DNA of 54,889 bases from a virus (Duplodnaviria; Caudoviricetes). The translations under genes were made by a program, and so were the position numbers. The notes under the pieces were generated by a model. The model saw only the letters and a program-made list of their open reading frames with translations, was not told where the DNA came from and ran no database searches. This document shows, piece by piece, positions 36,160 through 45,417 of this stretch (positions are counted from its first letter, which is position 1; each line of letters starts with the position of its first letter). Location of the stretch: positions 1-54,889 of IMG/VR virus record IMGVR_UViG_3300014656_006066. One strand, 5' to 3'.

Positions 36160-36356
36160 GGGCGGGCCGTCCGAGAGGGCGAGAAGTGCTTCCCGCACAC
36201 CTTACACGTCCATCGATTATGGGTGCCCTTCGATCCGCCACGAGGCTTGCAGTCGTGCATAGCTCTCTTCGCTTCGCGTTCAGCGCGGTGTATATAGGGA
36301 GGTTTATTGTCACCCTGATGTTTAACGATGTCCTTGATCTCTCTCGTATCCATCAC
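36156..36356 (-). CDS. small Cys/His protein
   Basis: HDC...WTCKVCG. Confidence 0.5.
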   Translation of the reverse strand: MMDTREIKDIVKHQGDNKPPYIHRAEREAKRAMHDCKPRGGSKGTHNRWTCKVCGKHFSPSRTARP

Positions 36357-36556
36357 GTTCTCCTTCCGAATCGACAGTTCTCTTCATGGGCGGCCCACAC
36401 CGTCCGCCCGTACACCTCCGCGCCGCAGTACCCGCAACGGTATTCGCGCTCCTTTTCCGGCACCTCGAGCCGCCCGAGTGGATACGGGCAATCCCAGGTC
36501 TCGCACGGCCGATCGCATCCTCTACACGGGTCGCCTAGTGGTGTACCCCGAGCCAT
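36353..36556 (-). CDS. small Cys-rich protein
   Basis: CRGC..C...C, CGYC...H...C. Confidence 0.4.
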   Translation of the reverse strand: MARGTPLGDPCRGCDRPCETWDCPYPLGRLEVPEKEREYRCGYCGAEVYGRTVWAAHEENCRFGRRT

Positions 36557-36852
36557 GCCGTACAGACCCGAGCTAGAAGCGGCCCGGGCGTTCTCTGCTC
36601 CGACGGCCTCGGTTCGGGCCGTGCTCGTGGCCGCTCCTGACTCGAGCGCGGGGCGGTCATCGATATCGAGACTCCCCGGACCTCGTTCCGTCCCTTGCGG
36701 ATCGCGTGATACAGGACGTGGTAGGGGATATCCGGCTCGCCCGACATAGTTCTGAGCATCGCTAGCCCCTCGATGATCGATTCGCATTCCAGTCCCCCGA
36801 TCCATACTCGCCGTGTTTTTTCGCCGTAATGGGCGCCTGCGTTTTGATTCAC
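36535..36852 (-). CDS. hypothetical protein
   Basis: GGAGG RBS, coupled start. Confidence 0.5.
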   Translation of the reverse strand: MNQNAGAHYGEKTRRVWIGGLECESIIEGLAMLRTMSGEPDIPYHVLYHAIRKGRNEVRGVSISMTAPRSSQERPRARPEPRPSEQRTPGPLLARVCTAWLGVHH

Positions 36853-37403
36853 GCCGTACCTCCCAGGATTTTGTTCACGTACTCCATGTCCGGCCCGTTA
36901 CTCCGCACGCCGTCCACGCCCTGCCGGTACGCGGCCACGGATAGATCGAGGCTCCCCAGGCGCGCGAGGTTGTCGGCGAGAATTCGCGCGGTTACAGGGA
37001 TCGCCTCGGCGGGGTTCATGGGGTTATACGGAATTCCGTTGTTATACCGTTCCGCGAAATATGCGACGTACTTGGAGTTATGCTGACAAAGCCCGCGGTC
37101 ACGGTGGCCGTCGGATCGGACGGGGGATTCGGCGGCTGGGTTCCAGCGTGTATTTTCAGCGCGAGCGATAAGGTCGCGCAGGACCGTCATCGGGAATCTG
37201 GTCTCCTCGGCGGCTTGAACGAAATAGGCGTAGAACTCGATGGGGATACCCTGAATGCGAGCCGGGGTCACGTCGCGGGGTCGCGTGAGCACGCGGTACG
37301 GTTGCGGCACGAACGGCGTCGGGGCCAGGGTAAGGGCGGCGAGGGTTAGGGCGAGGAGGATGAGGGCCGGGTTGAGGTGGCGAGCCGGGTTGAGGCGGGT
37401 CAC
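36849..37403 (-). CDS. membrane-anchored lytic transglycosylase (SLT domain)
   Basis: N-terminal TM; AEN..WNP.A, DRGLCQ.N, AAYRQG. Confidence 0.8.
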   Translation of the reverse strand: MTRLNPARHLNPALILLALTLAALTLAPTPFVPQPYRVLTRPRDVTPARIQGIPIEFYAYFVQAAEETRFPMTVLRDLIARAENTRWNPAAESPVRSDGHRDRGLCQHNSKYVAYFAERYNNGIPYNPMNPAEAIPVTARILADNLARLGSLDLSVAAYRQGVDGVRSNGPDMEYVNKILGGTA

Positions 37404-38047
37404 TGGTAGGCCTCGCCGATTCGGCAGCTGGGCGCATGAGGGGCTGGATAATGCGAGCCGCACTCGGGGCAGGGACAGGGCTTGGTGATCGGGGGTGTAT
37501 CCGGCTTGGCTTCCAGCGAGGCCCTGAATTTCTTGCAGTCGTCGCACTGGCAAGGCTCAGGTTTCGGGAATCCAAGGAAGTCGAACGAATGGGCCTGAAG
37601 AAAATCAGCGATGGCCTTGACAAGGGTCTCGGGCTTGTTCGCAAGATAGAACGCGTCGGACAATCCCGCGTAATATGCCCTACGCCTCGGGTCATCTTTC
37701 GGGAGGCTCGGATAGGTTGATATCCATTCGGGTTTTAAAACACTCGCCTGTCGCCTCTCCGTCGCCGCGCACTCCTCGCACGTCACGTCGTCGGCGCAAC
37801 CGCAGGCCGGGCAGTGTTCAGCTTGACGCCCGGTTCGGGGCGACACGATCGTTAGGTTAGAAGCAGTGCCGGCCCCCGTTGTCCAGGTTCGCACTTCAGC
37901 GATCGCGGCATCGATGTATTTGGGGGTTTGAAGCGCTGAGTCCGGGGAATCATCCTCCGGCATTCGGATGTACCCGAACTCAATTCCATTGCGAATGAAC
38001 CTTTGAGCCCGATAGAGCGCGTCTAACACTTTTGCTACGTTCATCAT
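37400..38047 (-). CDS. hypothetical protein with several CxxC motifs
   Basis: GGAGG RBS; mosaic-looking. Confidence 0.55.
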   Translation of the reverse strand: MMNVAKVLDALYRAQRFIRNGIEFGYIRMPEDDSPDSALQTPKYIDAAIAEVRTWTTGAGTASNLTIVSPRTGRQAEHCPACGCADDVTCEECAATERRQASVLKPEWISTYPSLPKDDPRRRAYYAGLSDAFYLANKPETLVKAIADFLQAHSFDFLGFPKPEPCQCDDCKKFRASLEAKPDTPPITKPCPCPECGSHYPAPHAPSCRIGEAYQ

Positions 38048-38056
38048 TCCCTCCCG

Positions 38057-40873
38057 TTAAAATGGAATCTCATCGGTCTCGAGGACGCCCGACAGGATCG
38101 TGCATCGCCGAGGCTTGTCGCCATATTTCGCGAAACTCACCGTCCGCGATCGGTCCTCGATACAGGCGTGCCGCCACAACAGCGGCGCGTACCCATGTCC
38201 CAGTCCTGAAATCCGTGCGATTTGATGGTGCTTATTTACGATCGCGAGGTTCCCGTCGGAATCGACGCCGAGCCCGTATTGAATCGCCGTCGTCGCGTAC
38301 GCCTGAACCTCGGCCGCCGTCAGGTCGCGGAGCCCGTCGAGCGTCTGCGAGGTCTCATCGCCCACGAGTGGCCCCTTGCGGAACTTGACGCCGTACAGGA
38401 TCCGCCTCAGTGGGTACGTGCGGCCGCGGTCGCCCAGGACCGGCACGGCCTCGTCGAGGATGCGGTCGACGATTGCGTCGGCGTCGTCTTGCTTCTCCTC
38501 GGGCGCCTGGACCTTGAATGCCTCGGCTACGAATACCGCGAGCTCGTCGTCACTCGGGGATCGGTTCTTGAAGCAATGCCAGAAGGCAGCGAACAGGATC
38601 GCGTCGAGGTATGCGTCGCGGCTCGATTTCCGGCCGACGTCCTCGACGACATCGGTTATTCGCTCGGCCTCCGCGATAATCTCGGCCAGGTGCGCCCATA
38701 CCCAGGACCGGACGGCGCGACAATTCTGGTCGGTGAACGCGGCAATTAAACGCGCCTTGATTGGTTTCCAGGGCTTCGTGCCCTTGATCATGTTTATGAA
38801 AAACAGGCGGTTCTTGTCGGCTGCCGAATTGACGACGGGGTTGATCGCCGCAAAGATGAACATTTTCTCGAGGTCGAAGGTCTGCCCCTGGCCGTCGATG
38901 GTGCCCTTCCATGCAGGAGGTGCATCTTGCCCGGTTGATTGTCGCATGAGCGAAAAAATCTCGTTTCGATTCCTGAGGGCTTTTTCTGAATCGTCCCCGG
39001 CCTCTTCGATTCCAACGGCGCGGCTCGACCAACGTGTTCGCTGTCGAATGCCGGCCGCGGTCGAATCCATCCCCGAACATATTTCGATATCGCCAAGTTT
39101 GCGTACGATGAAATTCATCGCAGACGACTTCCCGGACTGCGACTCCCCAGTAATGAATCCCGCGGGACGCCAGTCAAGCGCGCCCCCGAACGGGGCAAGA
39201 ATTGACCATGCCAGGAGCCGGACCACATCGGCTTTCGTCTCGAAACTCATCTGATCGGCGGCATTGAACATTTCCCGCCTTACCGCGAACGACGCCGGTT
39301 CATCGTCGAGCCCGATGTCGTGTTCGGCCCGCCGGAGGTACAGGCGTATCGGGTCAGGCTCGCCGTAGACCTTGCGGCCCGTGTTGTAGCAGAGGCGCCC
39401 GTCAGGTTCGCGCCAGGCACCGACGCCGCGTATCACCTCGGGGTCGAAGTCAACCGACTCGGCGGCGCGGATCACGAAATCGGTCGCGTTATCCCAGTCT
39501 GTTTTCCCCTTGTGTCCGAATTCCGAATACCACCACGGGAGCGGCGCGAGAACGAGTAGCTGGCCCTTGGTGAGGCTGGAAAGCTTGAGGCGTTGGAGGC
39601 GTTCGCCCTCGTCGATAAAATAGGTTAGTCCGTCATCCGCGGTGCCGAGGATGCGGAAGGGGATGTCGCCGGGTGTACGTATTGGGGTAGGGCCGCGGGG
39701 AGGCCGGGGCGGGGAGACTGGCAGAATAGACTGGCCAGGAACGGCTTCAAGAGACGGAGTTGTTCGGTTTGCCTCAGGTGAATCGGCGGCAGGTACGGGC
39801 TCCAGTTCTGGACCAGTTCTAATGTACTCCGCCATTTCTTCCGGCGTTCGTACCTGTAAAGCCTCGATGATGTCCGCGCCTGCCCTGGCGTCCGGCGCCT
39901 CAGCGAGCGGCTTAACGATTCGGACCGTACAGCCGAGGTCGCGTAGAATCCCTGCGACCCGGAACGCGGTTGCGACGCCCTCGCCGAGTGGTTGCTTGTC
40001 CGTTGGCTTGTCATCGTCGGGATAGAAGTAACCATTTCGCCCCCTTAAATCTTCAAAATCACATTGACTGAATTTCTTCCCGCCAGAGTTCCAGCCGGTC
40101 GGGATCATACCCGGAATTGATTCCGCGCCTTGGATATCACCGAGCCCGAATATGGATTTCGGGCCTTCGTGGATACAAAAATCCGCGTCTGGGTTGGCCG
40201 CCAGCTTGTCCCGGTTATACAGTTTGATCGGCGGGTTCGCGGCGCGCAGATGCTGCCCGTCGAACCAGAATGTCAGGTACTTCTTTTTACCATCCTCGAA
40301 AAACTTGGCGGCGAACCGGCACTCGACGAACGCGAGCTTTCCGTCGGGATCGAAATTCTTCCACGTTCCCTCGATCTCGGTAACGGAGGCATGGAGCGAT
40401 TTGCTCGCGAGGTTCAGGATGGTCGACTTTATGTAATAGGTCCACGACTCCTCGAGTTCGAGAGGGATGTATGCCGGGCGTGCGGGTTCTGGCGCGGGGT
40501 CGGCGGCCGGGGGTAGTGGTACGGCGGCGCGCGCTGGCGCGGGGGCTGAACCGGGGATCTCGCCAAGCGCGGATTGAACCTCGGCGAGGACCTGGGGGAA
40601 TGAATCGCGGGAATCAGGTAGCCCCAGGATGAGGCGCGCGGCCTCGAAGATGTCGAGCAGGGTTTTAGGTTCCATGCAGACGGGGCAGTGAAGGCCTGTC
40701 TTGAGACCTTTTTTTACACCTTGTTCATAGAGAATCATCGACGGGTTATCGTCCGCGTGGAGCAGGCACCGAATTCGTGGTTTGTCGGTCGTCTTGATCG
40801 TGATACCGCGGGCGACGAGGTATTCACGGAGGCGCGGCTTGTAGAGGGCGAGGTTGGTGCGGGCTTGCGTCAT
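38057..40873 (-). CDS. primase-helicase (Zn finger + TOPRIM + P-loop)
   Basis: CLLH..CPVC, HEG...PDDD, GESQSGKS. Confidence 0.85.
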   Translation of the reverse strand: MTQARTNLALYKPRLREYLVARGITIKTTDKPRIRCLLHADDNPSMILYEQGVKKGLKTGLHCPVCMEPKTLLDIFEAARLILGLPDSRDSFPQVLAEVQSALGEIPGSAPAPARAAVPLPPAADPAPEPARPAYIPLELEESWTYYIKSTILNLASKSLHASVTEIEGTWKNFDPDGKLAFVECRFAAKFFEDGKKKYLTFWFDGQHLRAANPPIKLYNRDKLAANPDADFCIHEGPKSIFGLGDIQGAESIPGMIPTGWNSGGKKFSQCDFEDLRGRNGYFYPDDDKPTDKQPLGEGVATAFRVAGILRDLGCTVRIVKPLAEAPDARAGADIIEALQVRTPEEMAEYIRTGPELEPVPAADSPEANRTTPSLEAVPGQSILPVSPPRPPRGPTPIRTPGDIPFRILGTADDGLTYFIDEGERLQRLKLSSLTKGQLLVLAPLPWWYSEFGHKGKTDWDNATDFVIRAAESVDFDPEVIRGVGAWREPDGRLCYNTGRKVYGEPDPIRLYLRRAEHDIGLDDEPASFAVRREMFNAADQMSFETKADVVRLLAWSILAPFGGALDWRPAGFITGESQSGKSSAMNFIVRKLGDIEICSGMDSTAAGIRQRTRWSSRAVGIEEAGDDSEKALRNRNEIFSLMRQSTGQDAPPAWKGTIDGQGQTFDLEKMFIFAAINPVVNSAADKNRLFFINMIKGTKPWKPIKARLIAAFTDQNCRAVRSWVWAHLAEIIAEAERITDVVEDVGRKSSRDAYLDAILFAAFWHCFKNRSPSDDELAVFVAEAFKVQAPEEKQDDADAIVDRILDEAVPVLGDRGRTYPLRRILYGVKFRKGPLVGDETSQTLDGLRDLTAAEVQAYATTAIQYGLGVDSDGNLAIVNKHHQIARISGLGHGYAPLLWRHACIEDRSRTVSFAKYGDKPRRCTILSGVLETDEIPF

Positions 40874-41418
40874 GCGCGGCTAGCCTCACCGTATGTATTG
40901 ACCAGAATTCCGGTACTGTTTCCGCTCGCGTAGCGACGGAAGGCATGAGCCGCTAGATCCCGCTCGGTATGTACGTCGGGCCGCCACTTCTGGCTAGCCC
41001 GTTTGAGCGTGAATTTTCCGACCCTGTACCAATACAGGCCCCAACCTTCAGGGAGCTCGTCGGGCTTGATTAGATCGGTCTCGCAGACGAAATATCGATA
41101 GGCGCCAAGGTGTGGCTTCTGGATGTAGTAGATTTCGGGGTTTTGGTTAATCCATAAAAGTGTGTCTTTTCTGGTGTCCCAGTCCGGTATGTTTCGTATA
41201 TAGCCCTTCGGCTTCCATTTCTGCCGAGCGTCCTTTTTTGCGTCAGCTAGAAAGTCAGCGCGACTCATCTTGATTTCGTAGAGCACCGTGCCGCCACTAC
41301 TGAAAGTGAGCACGTCGGGGAATTCTCCGCTGGCGTAGGACTGATATTCGTAGAGTGCTAGCCACGCTTTCTTGATGAAACGCTCGGCGGTTACTCGGCA
41401 CAATTCAGGGTGCGTCAT
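40870..41418 (-). CDS. PD-(D/E)XK nuclease-like (MmcB-like)
   Basis: EFPDV...YEIKMSRADFLADAKK...ELPEGWGL. Confidence 0.7.
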   Translation of the reverse strand: MTHPELCRVTAERFIKKAWLALYEYQSYASGEFPDVLTFSSGGTVLYEIKMSRADFLADAKKDARQKWKPKGYIRNIPDWDTRKDTLLWINQNPEIYYIQKPHLGAYRYFVCETDLIKPDELPEGWGLYWYRVGKFTLKRASQKWRPDVHTERDLAAHAFRRYASGNSTGILVNTYGEASRA

Positions 41419-41624
41419 GCGCGGCTAGCCTCGCCGGAATCGAAACCGAACATGAATTGGTACCGCTCGCCGCCGCCCTTCTTCCAGCATTCGGGGCCGA
41501 CTTCACGTGCGACGGACTCCGGGTCCGGGAGCCGTCGCTTGCATGATTTACACCGGCACGCGTCGGGGTGGAACAGGAGGAGGATCGGTTTTTCTTCTTG
41601 CGTGTTGCCGTGTTGGTTGTTCAT
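41415..41624 (-). CDS. DUF6011-like zinc protein
   Basis: CKSCKRRLPDPESVAREVGPECWKK. Confidence 0.7.
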   Translation of the reverse strand: MNNQHGNTQEEKPILLLFHPDACRCKSCKRRLPDPESVAREVGPECWKKGGGERYQFMFGFDSGEASRA

Positions 41625-41639
41625 GTCCTCATACCTCTC

Positions 41640-41722
41640 GGGGGCGGCGGGAGTCGAACCCGCTCATGCGCCGCGTGGCGTCGAACGATCCAGCCCGCGC
41701 AATGCGCGTCCTTCTCGCCCCC
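41640..41722 (-). ncRNA. tRNA-like RNA (acceptor stem + T arm, atypical core)
   Basis: GGGGGCG/CGCCCCC stem; GCGGG-TTCGACT-CCCGC T arm. Confidence 0.6.
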
Positions 41723-41751
41723 ATGTCGCCCGGATCGCTCCGGGCTTATCG

Positions 41752-42921
41752 CTAGAAAATTGGCTCCGGCTCTCCTTCCGGGAACGCGGACGCTGGCGGC
41801 GGCGCGGCCGGTTTCGGTGCGGTCGCGGGCCTCGGATTCGCTGCGACCAGACTGGTATTCAGATACGCGGCCGGCCTGGTATTCGCCGCTGGTTTCGTCG
41901 CGGGCGGGGTCGCCGGTCCTCGCGCGGGCGCGACGGGAGCGGACTGAGCCGGTGCCGACTCCTCGAGGCCGAGTTCGCCTGAGTCGGTGCCGACGGGGAT
42001 TGCTTCGACGTCCTCCGCCTCGGCGCGGGCTGCCAGCTTCGCGGACAGGTCGTCCGCCCCGGTTCCCTTCTCGGGGCGTTCAGGCGCATCGTTCGCGTAC
42101 GAGTAGAACTCGGCCTCGACGTCCTCGGGCGCGTCGGTATCATCGAGGAATCCCGACTTCACGGCCTCGGCTTCGGCCTTCGCGATGTCGTACCCGAGCA
42201 GCTTCCGGGATTCCCGCTCGTCGATAGCGAGCCGCCTGAGCCCCCGGATCTCCTCGCCGTCGATGACGACGGTCGCGTAGTTGATATTCCCGTGCTCCTC
42301 GGTCGTCTTCTTCACGAGGACGAGCTTCAAGGGCATACCCTGGAGAATCCCGCCCGTCTGCTCGGCGAAGTATTCGAGGGCGCCGAGGATCGAAGACACG
42401 CCGTTCCACGAATGGGTCCGGTACTTGTAGACGCCGCCTAAGTCGCCGGACTGCGGGAGGAAACACGAGAGGATGCCAGACACCTTGCACTTGCCGGCCT
42501 GAGCGATCGGACACGTCTCATAGTCGCACTCCACGGACGCGCGATCCTCGCCGACAGTCTCGAGCCTGTCGCCCTTGACCGTAACGACCCCGCGCCGTTC
42601 AGCCGTCTCGCCGTCGCCCGCGCAGAGCTTCACCCCGCCAGAGTAGGCCTGATACTGCGTGAAAAAGTTCTTGTCGATCGAGTCGAACGGAAGCCGTATC
42701 TTGAGCTCGCGCGGCTCCCCGCCGAGCTTCGTCATAACCTCAGCGTTCGGGATGAGGTTGCCCGTTTTGGGGTCGCGTTCGGTTGTGGTGACCATGAAGA
42801 AATCGAACTTCTTCGGGGGCTGGAAGGTGGTCCCGGATTTGGCCGTGATTTTATCGCCCTTGAATCCGGTCTTGATCTTGCCGACTTCGGCTAGGGTTTT
42901 GTGGAGGCCGCGTTTGATCAT
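41752..42921 (-). CDS. recombination protein (Gp3-like/RDF-like, probable annealing partner of the exonuclease)
   Basis: EVGKIKTG...PKKFDFF; C.GDG; next to YqaJ. Confidence 0.6.
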   Translation of the reverse strand: MIKRGLHKTLAEVGKIKTGFKGDKITAKSGTTFQPPKKFDFFMVTTTERDPKTGNLIPNAEVMTKLGGEPRELKIRLPFDSIDKNFFTQYQAYSGGVKLCAGDGETAERRGVVTVKGDRLETVGEDRASVECDYETCPIAQAGKCKVSGILSCFLPQSGDLGGVYKYRTHSWNGVSSILGALEYFAEQTGGILQGMPLKLVLVKKTTEEHGNINYATVVIDGEEIRGLRRLAIDERESRKLLGYDIAKAEAEAVKSGFLDDTDAPEDVEAEFYSYANDAPERPEKGTGADDLSAKLAARAEAEDVEAIPVGTDSGELGLEESAPAQSAPVAPARGPATPPATKPAANTRPAAYLNTSLVAANPRPATAPKPAAPPPASAFPEGEPEPIF

Positions 42922-43061
42922 GCGTGCCCACCGTTTAGATAGGCAACTCGCTCAGCCGCCGCTTCTGCGGTTTCGTGATCGCTCTCGGGCTCGAACTTTC
43001 CGTCGGGCTTGTAGAAACCGACCGTCCACAGGCTGGGCTCGCTCTGAATGTATACGTACAT
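42918..43061 (-). CDS. 47-aa hypothetical protein
   Basis: MYVYIQSEPSLWTVGFY...RVAYLNGG; RBS and ATGA overlap. Confidence 0.65.
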   Translation of the reverse strand: MYVYIQSEPSLWTVGFYKPDGKFEPESDHETAEAAAERVAYLNGGHA

Positions 43062-43070
43062 GATTCCCCC

Positions 43071-44114
43071 TTACCTAAACGTCTTCCCGTCGAACTGGCC
43101 GAGCTTCTTCCCGGCCTCGTCGCGGAAAATGATTTTCTTCTCGCTCTCCTCGTCGAGCGTCGCGTCCATCTTTCGCGCCCGTGCGAGGATCGTGATCTTG
43201 AGTTCGTCCGCCCGTTTCGCTAGTGGCCCCTTGCCGCCGATCTCCTCCTTGATCGCGTCGCGCTCGGCGAACCAGCGAACCATTTCCTCGTCGCATACAA
43301 GCGTCCCGACTGGCTCCGGGAACGCGCGCTTGATATCGTCATACGTGGAGGGCTCGGGCTCGACGCCGGGCAGGATGTGCTTGTGCCAGAAGTGCGAATA
43401 CCCGTCGAGGAGCATACGGCCCAGGTCGGGCTTGGCGTCGACGGGGTATTGGTGGAAGTAGCCCATCTGCGCGAGGACGCGGGCCCAGTCGCGGCAGGTG
43501 GCGATCATGCCCGCGCCATTCTGGAGAATTACCCACTCTTTCGCGCCGCCCTTCATGACGACCTGCCCGACCTCGAGCCCCATCTTCTCCCAATGGTCCG
43601 CCGTCTCCGGGAACACGAGGACCGATACGATGTTCCGGGTCGCGCCGGTGCATACGCATTGATGTTGACCCTGGACCTGGTACGTCTGCGGGATCTTATC
43701 GGTACCCGGCTCGCCCCATTTCTCGCGGTATGGGAAGGCTGATGTGGTCTTGCCTTCGTGGAGGATTTCTGGTTTTAGAATGCGGCGGTTTGTACTTGGG
43801 AAGAACTCATATGCACCGTCGATATGGCAGGTGACATACGGGTGATATTGCGCGCGGAAAAGCCGCTCGCGGTCGCTTATTTTTTTGCCGGTCGCCTCCT
43901 CCGCGAGCTCGATCACCGCATCCTCGAACGCCTTTCCCCAGCGGATCGGGGCCGAGTCCTTGAACTCGGGGAGGGTGTACCCGCGGCTTGCGTTGAAGCC
44001 TGGCTGGCGCTCCTCCATGATGAGCTGCCAGGTCTCGAACTGCGTCGCGAATTCAGAGAGGCCGAGGATTGAGGCGCCACGGCTGGCGGATATGCCGACG
44101 GGGGTAGAGCCCAT
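43071..44114 (-). CDS. YqaJ/lambda-exonuclease family protein
   Basis: GISAS, WGKAFED, HIDG, EGKT, YQVQGQHQ. Confidence 0.88.
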   Translation of the reverse strand: MGSTPVGISASRGASILGLSEFATQFETWQLIMEERQPGFNASRGYTLPEFKDSAPIRWGKAFEDAVIELAEEATGKKISDRERLFRAQYHPYVTCHIDGAYEFFPSTNRRILKPEILHEGKTTSAFPYREKWGEPGTDKIPQTYQVQGQHQCVCTGATRNIVSVLVFPETADHWEKMGLEVGQVVMKGGAKEWVILQNGAGMIATCRDWARVLAQMGYFHQYPVDAKPDLGRMLLDGYSHFWHKHILPGVEPEPSTYDDIKRAFPEPVGTLVCDEEMVRWFAERDAIKEEIGGKGPLAKRADELKITILARARKMDATLDEESEKKIIFRDEAGKKLGQFDGKTFR

Positions 44115-44374
44115 TATTTAGCCTCCATAGTTAGGCCGGACTCATTTAGCTCAGCTTCGACCTCCTCGTCCGGCGCCTCTTTTTCAAGAGCCCTGGCTAT
44201 TGCCTCTCGGTGGGCCTTAAGGTCTTTCGCTGTACCCCATCGCTTACACTCGAATATCATGTTGCCGAGTTCGACCTTTAGCGCGTATGACGGGCAAGGA
44301 TTAAAACTTCCATCATCGCTTTCGTACTGAACTCTGCGGTGTGGTGGCTGCTCTGTGTCATAAATTATTTTCAC
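44114..44374 (-). CDS. hypothetical protein
   Basis: GTGA-coupled start. Confidence 0.5.
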   Translation of the reverse strand: MKIIYDTEQPPHRRVQYESDDGSFNPCPSYALKVELGNMIFECKRWGTAKDLKAHREAIARALEKEAPDEEVEAELNESGLTMEAK

Positions 44375-44616
44375 GCCCCGCCCCCTGACTGTTCCTTCAT
44401 CGTGTACAGCTCGCCGTAGTAGTCCGGCTGCTTCGGGTCGGTCTTGAATTTGTTTCGCCGGATCGCGACGCCGACCTTCTGGCCCGCGTGGAACGTTACG
44501 TCTGCCGGGATCTCGATATCGAAATTCCCCGTGAGCATGAACGCGCCGTTCGGTTCCTGTTCGTACTTGTCCTTGTCGTCGGTCTTGACCCATAGGGCTA
44601 GTGCGCGGATTCCCAT
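44371..44616 (-). CDS. DUF736-like small (ssDNA-binding-like) protein
   Basis: ALW...LTG...NKFK..KQPDY; TAAGGAGG RBS. Confidence 0.55.
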   Translation of the reverse strand: MGIRALALWVKTDDKDKYEQEPNGAFMLTGNFDIEIPADVTFHAGQKVGVAIRRNKFKTDPKQPDYYGELYTMKEQSGGGA

Positions 44617-44630
44617 TTCGTGCGTCCTCC

Positions 44631-45233
44631 TTATTCGTATGTCAGGGGCATGATGACGGCCTTACGGTCGCCGGATTTGAAGACGATGGCGCGGCTCTGA
44701 TACGGGCCTGGCCCCTTACGCCATTCGACGTCCCATACGGTCCCGCGCCCTAGCGCCTCGAGGAATACGAGGTTGACCGCAGTCGGGTCCGGGCATTCGC
44801 GAAGGAACTTCGCGAGCGTATGCGAACTCCGGCCAATCTCAGCACGAGAGAAGCCCTCGAACGTCATCACCTTGTCGACGGGGCCTTCGGGGATGACCTT
44901 CTTATAGTTCGGGAAGTTTCCGGCCCCGTCCTGAGAGTCCTTGTCGTCGGCTATACGGGCGAGTTGCACGACAGTCGGCGCGCATTTCACGACACGCCAC
45001 TTGCCCGGAACGAGGCCGAGGCCCGCGATACGGCGGTCGATATCGGCCATGTGAAGGCGGCGGCCGTCGGTCGCGACGGCGCGGAGCTTCGATTCGGGCG
45101 TGTCGTCGACCGGCTCGATGAGGATGAAGCGCATGAACGGGCGCGTCTCGTCATCGCCGACCGCACGGGCTACGAAGCGAAGATCGTCGCCGACTCCGCT
45201 TCCCTTCAATTCAACGAAATTCGAATACAGCAT
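44631..45233 (-). CDS. truncated DNA polymerase III beta-clamp-like protein
   Basis: DETRPFM, AVATDGRRL, GNFPNYKKVIP, VIMP. Confidence 0.75.
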   Translation of the reverse strand: MLYSNFVELKGSGVGDDLRFVARAVGDDETRPFMRFILIEPVDDTPESKLRAVATDGRRLHMADIDRRIAGLGLVPGKWRVVKCAPTVVQLARIADDKDSQDGAGNFPNYKKVIPEGPVDKVMTFEGFSRAEIGRSSHTLAKFLRECPDPTAVNLVFLEALGRGTVWDVEWRKGPGPYQSRAIVFKSGDRKAVIMPLTYE

Positions 45234-45255
45234 CTTCGCCTCCTTAAAAACGAAT

Positions 45256-45380
45256 CAGCCCCGGAGGGGATTGAACCCTCGACCTGGTGGAACGCCGGAC
45301 CGTGGCTGGCCGTGTCACAGCCCTTTGGACTCGGTTGCCCGGCGCTTGCTCCACCTGCTCTACCACTGAGCTACGGGGCC
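45256..45380 (-). ncRNA. tRNA-shaped RNA with a 60-nt anticodon region
   Basis: Acceptor GGCCCCG/CGGGGCT, D arm GCTC-AGTGGTA-GAGC, stem GGTGG/CCACC, T arm GAGGG-TTCAATC-CCCTC. Confidence 0.8.
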
Positions 45381-45417
45381 AGGGAGACGCGGCCGGGGTG
45401 AGCGGCCGCGCGGGTGG

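Noticed and set aside
41640-41722. tmRNA
   Set aside because: 83 nt, with no tag ORF and no G3-U70 alanine identity pair
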